A stretch of 64,000 nucleotides of DNA from Pseudomonadota bacterium (GCA_021323945.1 JAJPKA010000018.1:372453-436452); one strand, 5' to 3'; shown: positions 9,476 to 19,252, counted from the stretch's first letter. Notes: generated from the letters alone by a model not told the origin. A program made the numbers and translations.

Positions 9476-10546
9476 TCAGGTGTCGCCGCGGCCAACAGCC
9501 TCGGCAATATTGCGAAGCCCGTCTCGGGTCAACAGTTCGACGAGGCCGGATTTAATCCTGGCGACCAGCCCAGGCCCACGGTAGATTAGGGCAGTATATA
9601 GTTCTACCAGGCTGGCGCCAGCCCGGATGTGTTTGTAGGCGCTCTCGGCGCTGGCTATTCCGCCAACTCCGATGATTGGTATGCGGCCTTGGCTCAACTG
9701 ATAGATCGTGGCGATCATTGCGCGACTTCGCTGCTCCAGAGGTTCGCCGCTCAATCCTCCTTGGAAAGGAGAGACGACGCCGAGTGCGGGATGGTCGAGG
9801 CTGGTATTGGTGGCTACTATTCCTGAGAGCTCGAGCTCAAGCGCAACGGCGCAGATCTCGGCGATCAAGTGCGGCTCTAGCTCTGGCGCAAGCTTAATTA
9901 ATAACGGGTGCTCAGTGGCCAGCTCGGCGGAGGCGCTGCGTGTGGCTTGCACAATCGCCGCGATACGCTCGGGGCTTTGGAAGCTGCGCAGCCCTGGTGT
10001 GTTGGGTGAAGAAACGTTAATAACGAGGAAATCGCACAATCCCGCTACCCGCTTGATTGATTCTGCGTAGTCACGAGGTACGCGATCCTCAGGTGTGTCG
10101 CGATTGGGCCCAAGATTTACCCCAACACGCATTCTGTGGCTGACGGCACGAAAATGTGCGAGACGCGAGCGCACTTGTTCGATCCCGGCGCTGGGAAAGC
10201 CCATTCGATTGACGAGCGCGCGCTCCCTGTCGAGCCGCCAGATCCTCGGCGGTGGGTTACCGGGTTGTGGACGAGGCGTAACTGTGCCGATTTCCACGAA
10301 GCCGAACCCGAGACTCTGCCAGGCACTCAACGCGAGGGCGTCTTTATCCAAACCGGCGGCCAGTCCAACTGGATTCGAAAAAGAGAGCCCAAAGACCGAG
10401 GTTTGCAACGCGGGCGGGTCATGATGCCGGCCGAGTGGCAATCCGTGCCGCAACATTGCCAGCATTAGCCGATGGGCGCGCTCAGGCTCTATTCTGAACA
10501 GCAAAGGCTTCAGAAGCAGGTAAGGATAATCCAGCAGGATAGGCAT
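9476..10546 (-). CDS. pyrD: Quinone-dependent dihydroorotate dehydrogenase
   Basis: NPVGLAAGLDK, NRMGF, NVSSPNTPGLR and GGLSG. Confidence 0.95.
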   Translation of the reverse strand: MPILLDYPYLLLKPLLFRIEPERAHRLMLAMLRHGLPLGRHHDPPALQTSVFGLSFSNPVGLAAGLDKDALALSAWQSLGFGFVEIGTVTPRPQPGNPPPRIWRLDRERALVNRMGFPSAGIEQVRSRLAHFRAVSHRMRVGVNLGPNRDTPEDRVPRDYAESIKRVAGLCDFLVINVSSPNTPGLRSFQSPERIAAIVQATRSASAELATEHPLLIKLAPELEPHLIAEICAVALELELSGIVATNTSLDHPALGVVSPFQGGLSGEPLEQRSRAMIATIYQLSQGRIPIIGVGGIASAESAYKHIRAGASLVELYTALIYRGPGLVARIKSGLVELLTRDGLRNIAEAVGRGDT

Positions 10547-10713
10547 TGTCGCGATAATGGGCTCGCGTGAGTTTCAACGCAACTCTGGGCGCAACCCTGT
10601 TGATTACCGACGTCTGCTCGCTGGCGCGAACCCAGCTAGCCGTAGTAGGGCATAAAGTGCAGATTGGTATAATCGAACGCCGGAGACGGGCTTTGAACAA
10701 CTTGCAGGCGAGC

Positions 10714-11523
10714 ATGCAGGTCAAATTGATCGATTTTGCGCGGGCGCCACTGGAAAAGCTTTACGCCGCCTTCCGCACCTGTTACTCCGCTGACACCCCG
10801 GTTGAGATCTGGGAGAGGATCGAGGCTGAGAGAATCAGTCGCGAGCGCATCAGCGAGTTCGTGACCGAGCGGCTAAAGACAGGCCACGCTTCGCCGCTTG
10901 AACAGGTGGTATTCTGGTTTGCGATCGCCGGCGTGTCCCGCTCGCTTTCGCACCAGTTCGTCCGTCATCGAGTTGGTATCAGTTTCGAGCAGCAAAGCCA
11001 GCGCTATGTCAAGTTCAAACAGGAAAAACTCGCCTACGTGATGCCGGAATCATGGGCTCGTGCTCACTTGGAGGATGAATTCGCCGATCTCCTAAGAAAA
11101 ACCTCAGAACTCTACCAACGCGCCTTGGCGGCAGGGATTCCGGCGGAGGATGCGCGCTTTATTCTGCCGAATGCTGCACCGACCAACTTTCATGTAATGG
11201 TTAACTTTGCGGAGATGCTCCACATCTGCGATTTGCGGCTGTGCGTTCGAGCGCAATGGGAAATCAGACGCATGGTCGCGCTAATGCGCGCCGAGATCAA
11301 GCGGGTATTGCCTGAGATCGCCGTGTTTCTGCAGCCCAAATGCGGCGAGAAGCGCATGGGTTATTGCGATGAGTCTCTCGAGGATTGGAAGAGATGCCCG
11401 CTCGGGCGTGTGCGCCCACACAAGTCTCTCTTGTTTGAGTTGTACGAACGGCATGGTGGTAAAAAACCCCAGGCTTTGGGCGATGCTGAGTTTCGCGAAG
11501 TCGAAGAACGGGAACACCTGTAA
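10714..11523 (+). CDS. thyX: FAD-dependent thymidylate synthase
   Basis: GH.SPLE, RHR..SF.Q.SQRY, EDARFILP and RAQWEIR. Confidence 0.92.
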   Translation: MQVKLIDFARAPLEKLYAAFRTCYSADTPVEIWERIEAERISRERISEFVTERLKTGHASPLEQVVFWFAIAGVSRSLSHQFVRHRVGISFEQQSQRYVKFKQEKLAYVMPESWARAHLEDEFADLLRKTSELYQRALAAGIPAEDARFILPNAAPTNFHVMVNFAEMLHICDLRLCVRAQWEIRRMVALMRAEIKRVLPEIAVFLQPKCGEKRMGYCDESLEDWKRCPLGRVRPHKSLLFELYERHGGKKPQALGDAEFREVEEREHL

Positions 11524-11745
11524 ACGGACCCTCCCCTCACGCCGCCTGATTCTCTTCACCGCTGAGCAGCCAGCCGGAGCTCAAACTTGCGCGCGCCGTC
11601 TCCGACATCCATTGCGAGACGGCAGCGTGCTAACCTGTGGGGGTCGTTAAACCGCATGCTATCGTGCTGCTTCGCGGGCCGCTGCTATCCCGGGCGACTG
11701 GCAGTCTCAGCCTCGCCTGGCCTCAGACTGCTTGAGTGAAATCAA

Positions 11746-12285
11746 ATGAGCCCAACGGACGTTCCGCACGAAGGAGAGTTACACAAATTGATGGCCGCGC
11801 AGCACGCCATTCTGGACGAACTCCTTGCCAAGGCTGCACAGCCGGATGAGATCGACGAAGACGCCTACAGGTGCTTCCGGGAACGATTACTTAGGCATAT
11901 CAGGATAGAAGAGAAGATCCTCCTCCCGATGGCAGAGCGCAAACGGGGCACGCCGCTCTCCATAGCAGCCCGTCTACGGCTGGACCACGGAGCCTTAGCC
12001 GCGTTGCTGATGGTTCCACCCAGTGCCAAGACGTTTCACGCTATACGGGCGGTGCTCGATGCCCACAACCCGCTCGAAGAAGTCGCAGGTGGCGTGTATG
12101 ACCAGTGCGACAGTCTGAGCGGTGCTGAAAGTAACGTGTTGCTGGCACGCATTGCGGCTACTCCAGCAGTGCCGGTGTCCTCTTGGGTCGACAGTCCGAA
12201 GGTCGTCGCCGCTGCGCAACGGGCATTAAGCCGCGCGGGTTACGACCCGAGGATCCTGGATGCAGCGGAGAGTAAGTCCAATTAA
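11746..12285 (+). CDS. Hemerythrin/HHE domain protein
   Basis: H...H.RIEEKILLP...DH...HNPLEE pattern. Confidence 0.75.
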   Translation: MSPTDVPHEGELHKLMAAQHAILDELLAKAAQPDEIDEDAYRCFRERLLRHIRIEEKILLPMAERKRGTPLSIAARLRLDHGALAALLMVPPSAKTFHAIRAVLDAHNPLEEVAGGVYDQCDSLSGAESNVLLARIAATPAVPVSSWVDSPKVVAAAQRALSRAGYDPRILDAAESKSN

Positions 12286-12582
12286 TTGGTTAAAATGAAA
12301 CGCCTCACTGCTTCAATTAATCGGATAACATGCGGGGGCAATACTAGCCACAGAGAGGCCGCGGTACCTTTGGTGTGGAGTAAGCCAGCCACAGCAGCGA
12401 ATTTACTCCCCCGACCGCAAACCTTCACAAGCGCCGCCTCGCGCCGACAGTCAACCTCAGGAGCGGCACCATCTTCTGCGTTGAGGGAAACCGGATCGTT
12501 GCTCCAAGCAATAAACGCTTTCAATCCAAATCAGAGCTTAACTATTATCGCCGTTATCAGCTGAAGGAAAGTGAGTCGCAGT

Positions 12583-12843
12583 ATGGGTCTCATCGAAGCC
12601 ACTTTTCCATCCCTGAATCAGATTATCGACCCGTGTAGTTACTGCCATCGTGACGAAGGTGTCTTTTTTGTTCCGTGGCCTGATATCCCGCCAGACGTTC
12701 TATTCCTGGTATGCGGACGATGTTTGTGGCGCAAATTCCATGAAGTGCCCAAGGGTCCGAATCGGCGAGCACTGTTGAAAAAGGTCTTTGCTCAGCGGCT
12801 GTTTGGGCGAGCGCTGAGGAACCGCCTGAGCGGTGCCAGCTGA
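12583..12843 (+). CDS. Small hypothetical protein with two CxxC motifs (zinc-binding?)
   Basis: CSYC...CGRC; AAGGA RBS upstream of the alternative GTG at 12571. Confidence 0.5.
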   Translation: MGLIEATFPSLNQIIDPCSYCHRDEGVFFVPWPDIPPDVLFLVCGRCLWRKFHEVPKGPNRRALLKKVFAQRLFGRALRNRLSGAS

Positions 12844-12906
12844 TTTCCACATTCGACCACCAATGGCGCAGCTGGCAGCAGAATATTCGCTTGACCTGGG
12901 CAAACT

Positions 12907-13536
12907 GTGAGTGTGCGCGCGACCGAGTGCCGACCCGATGAGGCCATCGTTGACGGATCTTCAACTGCGCTTTTGCGGCTGCAAGCTTCGATCCGGAGCT
13001 GTGTCAGATGCCCGAGATTGGTACGCTGCCGTTCTCGTGTCGTCCCTGGCGATGGCAACGTTCCCGCTGACGTCATGTTTGTTGGAATTGCCCCGGGGCG
13101 CTTCGGTGGCGACCGCACCGGTCGACCCTTCAATGGCGACCGTTCGGGCAAGCTGCTGTGGGAAATGATTCAGCGCTGCGGTTTCGCGCGTACCTTTATT
13201 ACCAATCTCGTCCGTTGTAACCCCCGCGACGCGGCGGGACGGAATCGTGATCCGACCGCCGATGAGATCCAACGATGCCGGAGCCATCTCCAAGCCGAGA
13301 TCGCACTTGCTCGGCCACGAATCGTGGTTTGCCTAGGCCGACTAGCATGGCGATACCTGGCAGGTCGGTCGGTTTCATTTAACCCCCGGCGCGCTGAGCC
13401 GGTGAAGATCGGGCACTTGCTGCTCTTTCCGATGTATCATCCCGCGTACGTCAATCGTGGGGCGTACCCGCGACGTTCGTATCTTAATGACTTTGATCGA
13501 CTTAGCGGGTTCGTCCGACGCTTTGTGTCGGTTTGA
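12907..13536 (+). CDS. Uracil-DNA glycosylase family 4/5 (Fe-S type)
   Basis: CVRC.RL, FVG.APG..G.D.TGRPF.GDRSG, NLVRC.P and YHPAY. Confidence 0.88.
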   Translation: MSVRATECRPDEAIVDGSSTALLRLQASIRSCVRCPRLVRCRSRVVPGDGNVPADVMFVGIAPGRFGGDRTGRPFNGDRSGKLLWEMIQRCGFARTFITNLVRCNPRDAAGRNRDPTADEIQRCRSHLQAEIALARPRIVVCLGRLAWRYLAGRSVSFNPRRAEPVKIGHLLLFPMYHPAYVNRGAYPRRSYLNDFDRLSGFVRRFVSV

Positions 13537-13648
13537 CTGCCGGCTCAGCTCACTCGGTAGAAGCAGAGGTCGTCGCCAGCGTAACATACTGAGGAGTTAT
13601 GAGATATTTTGGCCTGCGCGGGCGAACGGTGAGTTTGGTCAGGGACTG

Positions 13649-14431
13649 TCACGGCTTGACAAATTTCAGCACAAAACGGTCCTGATGGTGATCCAGCTTC
13701 CAGAAGGGCTCGGTCCGCGGATCCTTCGGATTGCGCAATACATCGGAAGTGGCGGCTAAGCGAAAGCCGGCCTTTTCAATCTCCTTGATTTCGAAGTTTT
13801 CGTCGATACGGTGAAGCGTATTGGCGTCATTGGCACCCGTCCCGGGCCGGGCACTGTTGTCAACGAGCCCGTAAATACCACCCGGCTTGAGGGCTGTGAA
13901 GACCGCACGATTGATAGCGTCACGGTTGAAACCACGTCCCACGATGTCATGGTAGTTCATGTTGATAATCACGGCATCAAGCGAGCCGGGTTTTACGGGT
14001 AAGAGGTGGGGTGAGTCGAAGGGCTCTTCGATCTCAACAACATTTGCCATTCCCGGCTCTTTGAGACGTGCCTTCCAGCTTGCGCCGGCCTCTTTGAGCC
14101 CAACGGTTTTCATGTTCTGCGAATAGACCTTTCCGGTCGGGCCGACGGTTCGCGCCAACAGCTCGGTCGTATATCCCCCGCCCGCCCACAGATCGGCCAC
14201 CTTCATTCCTGGCTGGATGCCGAAAAATGCCAATAGTTGCTCGGGTTTCCGTGAAGCATCAAGCTTGCGGTCGACAGCAGGCCGCTCGGGTGAATTTACC
14301 GCATTAATAATGTACTGAGGGATCTGGCCCGGGGCGCGCTCGTGCTCGAGCTCAGCCGGCAGAACTGATGTGCAAGGTATAATCAACAGTATTAGCAGGA
14401 TTAAAATTTCGACCGATGAATTTCGTTTCAA
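13649..14431 (-). CDS. Exported class I SAM-dependent methyltransferase (COG4798-like)
   Basis: Signal peptide, R..RKP...L.F.GI.PGMKV, LHRID and LRNP.D. Confidence 0.8.
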   Translation of the reverse strand: MKRNSSVEILILLILLIIPCTSVLPAELEHERAPGQIPQYIINAVNSPERPAVDRKLDASRKPEQLLAFFGIQPGMKVADLWAGGGYTTELLARTVGPTGKVYSQNMKTVGLKEAGASWKARLKEPGMANVVEIEEPFDSPHLLPVKPGSLDAVIINMNYHDIVGRGFNRDAINRAVFTALKPGGIYGLVDNSARPGTGANDANTLHRIDENFEIKEIEKAGFRLAATSDVLRNPKDPRTEPFWKLDHHQDRFVLKFVKP

Positions 14432-14523
14432 AGTTTCCCTCCTGCGTGCTTCGAATTGCTCATCACTGGCCGCAGTATACGGATAAACTATATTCTCAGT
14501 CAGCGGTGAAAGGCGGACAACAG

Positions 14524-16485
14524 ATGCCTAGCATCACGGATCAGTCGGAGCCGAATTTTCGCGGGCTGCGGGTTTTCGCGTTCGAGAGCCGAATGGCTGC
14601 CGAGACTGCAGCCCTCATCGAGCGCTTCGGGGGGCTTGCCACCGTCGTACCCGCCATGCGCGAAGTAGCCTTGGAGGACAATCACGCCGCTTTCGAATTT
14701 GCCGCTCGACTGTTAGCGCGACAGGTCGATGCTGTCGTGTTCCTGACAGGAGTCGGAGTGCGACAACTGTGGCGGGTAATGGAAACGCGATACGCGCGCG
14801 ACACACTGGTTGAGGCGACAAGAGAAATCATCAGCGTCGCCCGCGGCCCAAAATCGGTGCGCGCGTTGCACGAACTGGGAGTGGAGCCAACTATAACGAT
14901 CGGTGAACCGAATACGTGGCGCGAGGTTCTCTCCGCTCTTGACCGGCTGATGCAGTTGGCCGATAAGCGGATCGCTGTTCAGGAGTATGGCACCTCAAAC
15001 CACGACCTGATTGCCGGCTTGGAGGCACGTGGTGCGACGGTTTTCACTGTTCCTGTATACAGGTGGGCGCTGCCTCGGGAGCGCGAGCCGCTGCGGGAAG
15101 CGGCACGAGTCATCGCCGATTGTCAAGCGGACATCCTCCTGTTCACCAGCTCGGCTCAGGTGACGAATCTAATCCAGGTGGCCGAGGCCGCGGCTCTCGG
15201 CGATGAAATGAGGCGCGGTATGTCGACCTGCGTGATTGGGTCGATTGGCCCAGTGTGTTCGCAGGCACTGCGCAGTCATAATATCGAGCCCGATTTCGAG
15301 CCGGCGCACCCGAAACTGGGTCATTTGATTAAGGAAGCGGCACAGCGGGCGGCAGAAATTCTTGGGGAAAAGCGGCGCTCACCCGCTTTGCGGGTTCGGG
15401 TCGAGGACTCATTGCAAGACAAGTCAGCTGCCAACGGAAGTTCGAGCCTGGACATGCTTGCCAACCACCCGCTGATGCGAGCTTGCCGCCGCGAGACAAC
15501 GCCTTACACACCGATCTGGCTAATGCGGCAGGCGGGTCGGTATCTGCCGCAGTATAGGCGGGTGCGCGAGCGGTACTCCTTCCTCGAAATGTGCCGCAGG
15601 CCAGAGGTAGCGGCCGAGGTGACGCTGTCCGCGGTCGAGCAACTGAAGGTCGACGCCGCGATAATCTTTGCGGACATTTTATTGCCGTTGCTGCCGCTGG
15701 GGGTCGGCCTCAGCTACGAGCGAGGTGACGGGCCGATAGTCGAACGCCCCGTACGGACCGCTGCCGACCGGCGCAAACTCCCAGACATGCCGACCGTGGA
15801 ATCGCTCTCGTTTGTCGCTGACGCGATCGAAATTGTCCGAGGTGCGTTGTCAAATCGAATACCAATCATCGGATTCGCTGGGGCTCCGTTCACCCTGGCT
15901 TCTTATTTGATAGAAGGCGGCGCGTCGCGTCAGTATCAGGCAACAAAAACGCTCATGTACACTGACTCGGCACTGTGGCATCAGATAATGGAGTTGCTCG
16001 CGCGGATCACGACGGAGTATCTCAAGCTACAAATCGAGGCCGGCGCCAGCATCGTACAACTCTTCGACAGTTGGGTAGGCAGTCTCGGTCCGGACGACTA
16101 TCGTCGCTTTGTGTTGCCCTATACCAGTCGAGTCATCAGTTCGGTACCCGATCATGTCCCCGTCATCCACTTCGGCACAATCACGAGCGGTCTGCTTGAG
16201 TTGATGCGCGAAGCTGGCGGCGATGTGATTGGTCTCGATTGGCGGGTCGATCTGGCAGACGCCTGGAAGCGTTTGGGTCCGGGCGTCGGAGTCCAAGGCA
16301 ATCTTGACCCAGTCGCATTGTTTGCCGAGATCCCTGAAATCCGGCGCCGCGCTAGTGAGATCCTGGACCGTGCTGGAGGACGACCAGGCCACATCTTCAA
16401 CCTCGGGCACGGCGTTCTACCGGAGACCCCTGTTGATCATGTTCGCGCGTTGGTTGACATGGTTCACGAGATGAGTACGAAGTAG
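14524..16485 (+). CDS. hemE: Fusion of uroporphyrinogen-III synthase (HemD) and uroporphyrinogen decarboxylase (HemE)
   Basis: N-half: FESR, ARGPK, VPVYRW.LP, LFTSS.QV, SIGP. C-half: PIWLMRQAGRY, FADIL, GFAGAPFTLASY, QGNLDP, FNLGHG. Confidence 0.9.
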   Translation: MPSITDQSEPNFRGLRVFAFESRMAAETAALIERFGGLATVVPAMREVALEDNHAAFEFAARLLARQVDAVVFLTGVGVRQLWRVMETRYARDTLVEATREIISVARGPKSVRALHELGVEPTITIGEPNTWREVLSALDRLMQLADKRIAVQEYGTSNHDLIAGLEARGATVFTVPVYRWALPREREPLREAARVIADCQADILLFTSSAQVTNLIQVAEAAALGDEMRRGMSTCVIGSIGPVCSQALRSHNIEPDFEPAHPKLGHLIKEAAQRAAEILGEKRRSPALRVRVEDSLQDKSAANGSSSLDMLANHPLMRACRRETTPYTPIWLMRQAGRYLPQYRRVRERYSFLEMCRRPEVAAEVTLSAVEQLKVDAAIIFADILLPLLPLGVGLSYERGDGPIVERPVRTAADRRKLPDMPTVESLSFVADAIEIVRGALSNRIPIIGFAGAPFTLASYLIEGGASRQYQATKTLMYTDSALWHQIMELLARITTEYLKLQIEAGASIVQLFDSWVGSLGPDDYRRFVLPYTSRVISSVPDHVPVIHFGTITSGLLELMREAGGDVIGLDWRVDLADAWKRLGPGVGVQGNLDPVALFAEIPEIRRRASEILDRAGGRPGHIFNLGHGVLPETPVDHVRALVDMVHEMSTK

Positions 16486-16633
16486 ACTTCAGCGCGCTCG
16501 CTAAGGACCCGATAACATCTCGTGTCCGACACGAGTTGCGGGAGCACTAATCCTTACCCTGGCCCTTGGACTTTTTGTCCACACGTTCGGGAGCTTTTTC
16601 CGACCTGCATTCGTCTGTTATAGGAGCATCATC

Positions 16634-16804
16634 ATGCCCTGGGATGAGACGTACTACCCAAAATCGATGCGCAATCTGCCGTTACCAGTGCGACTCAAGG
16701 CTATCGAGATCGCGAATGCGCTGCTTGAGGAAGGTTACGAGGAGGGGACGGCGATCCGGATTGCGATTGCCAAGGCCAAGGAATGGTCCCAATCACACGA
16801 ATAA
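16634..16804 (+). CDS. 56-aa YdaT/DUF2188-like stress protein (not in the ORF track)
   Basis: RBS AGGAG; MPWDETYYPKSMRNLPLPVRLKAIEIANALLEEGYEEGTAIRIAIAKAKEWSQSHE resembles the Bacillus YdaT N-terminus. Confidence 0.8.
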   Translation: MPWDETYYPKSMRNLPLPVRLKAIEIANALLEEGYEEGTAIRIAIAKAKEWSQSHE

Positions 16805-16812
16805 ACAATCCT

Positions 16813-17409
16813 TCAATTGACAGCTGATTGGAATCCGAGGTTCAAGCTGACATGCACAACTCCGTTTTCATAAGAGTTGTGCGAGACGAAGCCACTGTTG
16901 GCAAAGACCTCGAGCATTTGGTGATTAGCCCCCAACACATCCGCGCTGAATTCGCTGATTCCATTTTTTCGCGCAATTGTCGCAAGGTGTTTCAACAGCA
17001 GAGTGCCAATACCGAGACCTTGGTACTCATCGAGCACCGCGAAGGCGACTTCCGCACGAGGCCGATTATCGGTGCGAATATACCGGCCCACTCCAACAAA
17101 CCGCTCATGTGCCTCCACGCCGACTGTAGCAGCGAGTCCCGCATGATTGACAAAGTCCAGTTCGGTGAGACGGCGGAGCTCATCGTCGGAGAGCGATCGC
17201 TTAATGCCAAAGAATCGGAAGTAGACCGACTTCTCGCTCAAACCCTCAAAGTGCCGCGTTAGACGTTGCTTATCATCCGGGCGTATTGCGCGGATCAGCA
17301 CGCCGGTGCCGTTGCGCAAGACCTCCCAAACCGAGTAGTTAGCCGGATCTTTGGTCTCTGGCTGAGCTTTGAGCTGTATTCTTGTGTCCACCCGATTTCG
17401 TTTATCCAC
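16813..17409 (-). CDS. GNAT N-acetyltransferase (similar to the GNAT domain of Pat-type acetyltransferases); start uncertain
   Basis: IRAIRPDD, LSEKSVYFRFF, AEVAFAV.D.YQG.GIG and N..ML.VF...GF. Confidence 0.85.
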   Translation of the reverse strand: MDKRNRVDTRIQLKAQPETKDPANYSVWEVLRNGTGVLIRAIRPDDKQRLTRHFEGLSEKSVYFRFFGIKRSLSDDELRRLTELDFVNHAGLAATVGVEAHERFVGVGRYIRTDNRPRAEVAFAVLDEYQGLGIGTLLLKHLATIARKNGISEFSADVLGANHQMLEVFANSGFVSHNSYENGVVHVSLNLGFQSAVN

Positions 17410-17583
17410 TTTACCGAAGACGCTTTCCCGAGTGGATACGTTCCCCTTGAAGAATGGCCAGGGGCACGCCCCGCTATCGTGGCGGAGTTGACTTAGGGGT
17501 CGCACAGCGGACGGCGGGTGGTTTCAGCATCATGCCTGCACAGACCTAAACATTATGAAGTGTGCCTTCCGGCAGTCCGGTTT

Positions 17584-17600
17584 CGGCTCGAGCCCTCACA
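17584..17600 (+). promoter_or_regulatory. Degenerate copy of the putative 17-bp activator site
   Basis: CGGCTC-GAGCC-CTCACA ends about 100 bp before the sigma54 promoter at 17702. Confidence 0.35.
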
Positions 17601-17701
17601 CGATCAGGTTTATGCCGATTGCACGAGATCCAGGGGAAGGCATTTGAGTCCGGTCGCCTCCCTGAAAAGCACACTCGAAAATTACCTCACAATTGGGCCG
17701 G

Positions 17702-17717
17702 TGGCATTCAACCTGCA
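17702..17717 (+). promoter_or_regulatory. Sigma54 -24/-12 promoter for the CBS gene
   Basis: TGGCATTCAACCTGCA (GG-N10-GC), 44 nt upstream of the ATG. Confidence 0.65.
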
Positions 17718-17760
17718 ACACCTTCTGAGAGTGTTCAAGGCAAACCCGAGGAGGTAAGCA

Positions 17761-18192
17761 ATGGAACCGACGAAGGTTCGGGATGTCATGACGGCACCGG
17801 TGGTCACGCTCAGACGCAACGACAAGCTCACTCTCGCCGACGATCTGATGCGACTTGGGAGGATCCGCCATCTTCCCATAGTTGACGATGATGGCGAGCA
17901 GTTGGTCGGTATCCTGAGTCAGCGCGACCTTTTTCGTGGCGCCCTCGCTCAGGCACTCGGTTACGGCCGGTACGCCCAAGGCCGGCTGCTGGAAATGTTC
18001 TCGATAAAGGAAGTGATGACAACCGACGTCATTACGACCAGCCCCGAGACTCTACTGACGGAGGCAGCCAGAGTTTTGATGGAACGCAAGATCGGCTGTC
18101 TTCCGGTGGTAGAGAACGGACGTCTGGTCGGAATCATAACCGAAAGCGATTTCGTCGCTCTGGTAGCACGACAGGCGCAAGAAGCGGGATAA
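17761..18192 (+). CDS. CBS-pair protein
   Basis: IRHLPIVD, IGCLPVV and LVGIITESD; RBS GAGGAGG. Confidence 0.92.
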   Translation: MEPTKVRDVMTAPVVTLRRNDKLTLADDLMRLGRIRHLPIVDDDGEQLVGILSQRDLFRGALAQALGYGRYAQGRLLEMFSIKEVMTTDVITTSPETLLTEAARVLMERKIGCLPVVENGRLVGIITESDFVALVARQAQEAG

Positions 18193-18283
18193 CTGCGTTC
18201 GCAAAGAATTCATGCCCGGTGCTCGTGCGCGGACGTTATTGAAATAAGGTTCGGGGCGCCAGGTCGCGGCAACCAGGAAAAGA

Positions 18284-18718
18284 TCAAATCATCACAACTT
18301 CAGGTTCTAGTTGAACAGGGGTCGACAGTGAAGCCGAAACCAGACAAGTCTCTTCACTCCTGCGTAGAACCCTCAACGCTTTTTCTCTACTTTCACCTGC
18401 CTGAATTGTCAGGCGCGGACGAAGAATAATGCTGGTAAAACGGGTCACTCCCTCCTTGCGGTCGACGGTGCCCTGCGTGCTTAACTCCAAAGACAAGTAC
18501 TCAAGCCTGGAGGCGCGAGCTACGACTTTGAGCGTCAGAGCAAAACAAGTTTCCACAGCGGCTAATAGTAACTGTTCGGGACTCCAGGCATCACCCGGTC
18601 CGTCGAAGTCTCGGGGCGCTGCAGCTCGAAGATCGGGCAAACCCGGGGCTGATATGCGACAATATCCGTCAGCTCTCAGAGATGCTTCCGCGCTATAGAC
18701 ATGCGGTAGTGGCTTCAT
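18284..18718 (-). CDS. OsmC/Ohr family protein
   Basis: WSPEQLLLAAVETCF...CLVS.SL; RBS AAGGAGG. Confidence 0.88.
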   Translation of the reverse strand: MKPLPHVYSAEASLRADGYCRISAPGLPDLRAAAPRDFDGPGDAWSPEQLLLAAVETCFALTLKVVARASRLEYLSLELSTQGTVDRKEGVTRFTSIILRPRLTIQAGESREKALRVLRRSEETCLVSASLSTPVQLEPEVVMI

Positions 18719-18849
18719 AAGCTCCTCCTTCTTTCGGTCCAGAGATAACCGAGGCGCCGGACGCGCATCAGTTCATCCCCGAAATCTCGATGAGCAATTG
18801 CGCTAAGTCCCAGCCGCCTTGAGCGATGGATTCGCCGATGAGAATCGCT

Positions 18850-19204
18850 ACGTTCGTCCTGCAACTGAAGAATTCGCTTTGACTATCCATCATGAGCGGG
18901 ATATCGATTCCTATCCCGGCAGGGCATGCTGCTGAAGTTGCCCGGCAAGTAGTAAACCACCTTGCGCCCACGTGCTGAACTCTCTCGGCGTAAAAATAGA
19001 TGTGACCTGATGAGATGCATACCTAGTATTTGAGGACCGCGCCGGCGGCAGGAGCTGAGGTGGAGTAATATGTACGTAACTGCTCGATCTTTCGCGCCGT
19101 GATGCGCGCCGCGAGCTCCAGGGGACTGACTAACTGCTATACTGATCGCCATCGAACCACGTGCCGCAATCAAGTGGACCACCGGGGTCCGCCGTTGTCA
19201 CTTT
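18850..19204 (-). pseudogene. Degraded N-terminal remnant of an acetyl-CoA hydrolase/CoA-transferase
   Basis: Fragments in alternating frames: KVTTAD, VHLIAARGSMAISIAVSQ, LAARITARKIEQLRTYY...LKY*, GRKVVYYLPGNFSSMP, IDIPLMM...FFSCRTN. Confidence 0.5.
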
Positions 19205-19252
19205 GTGACCATTTTCATGCTCCGCCGTCGTGGCCTCGCGCGTCCGCGTCAA

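Noticed and set aside
11718-11733. Sigma54-like element before the hemerythrin gene (also near 4466-4482)
   Set aside because: GG-GC spacing is not 10 nt, which sigma54 strictly requires.
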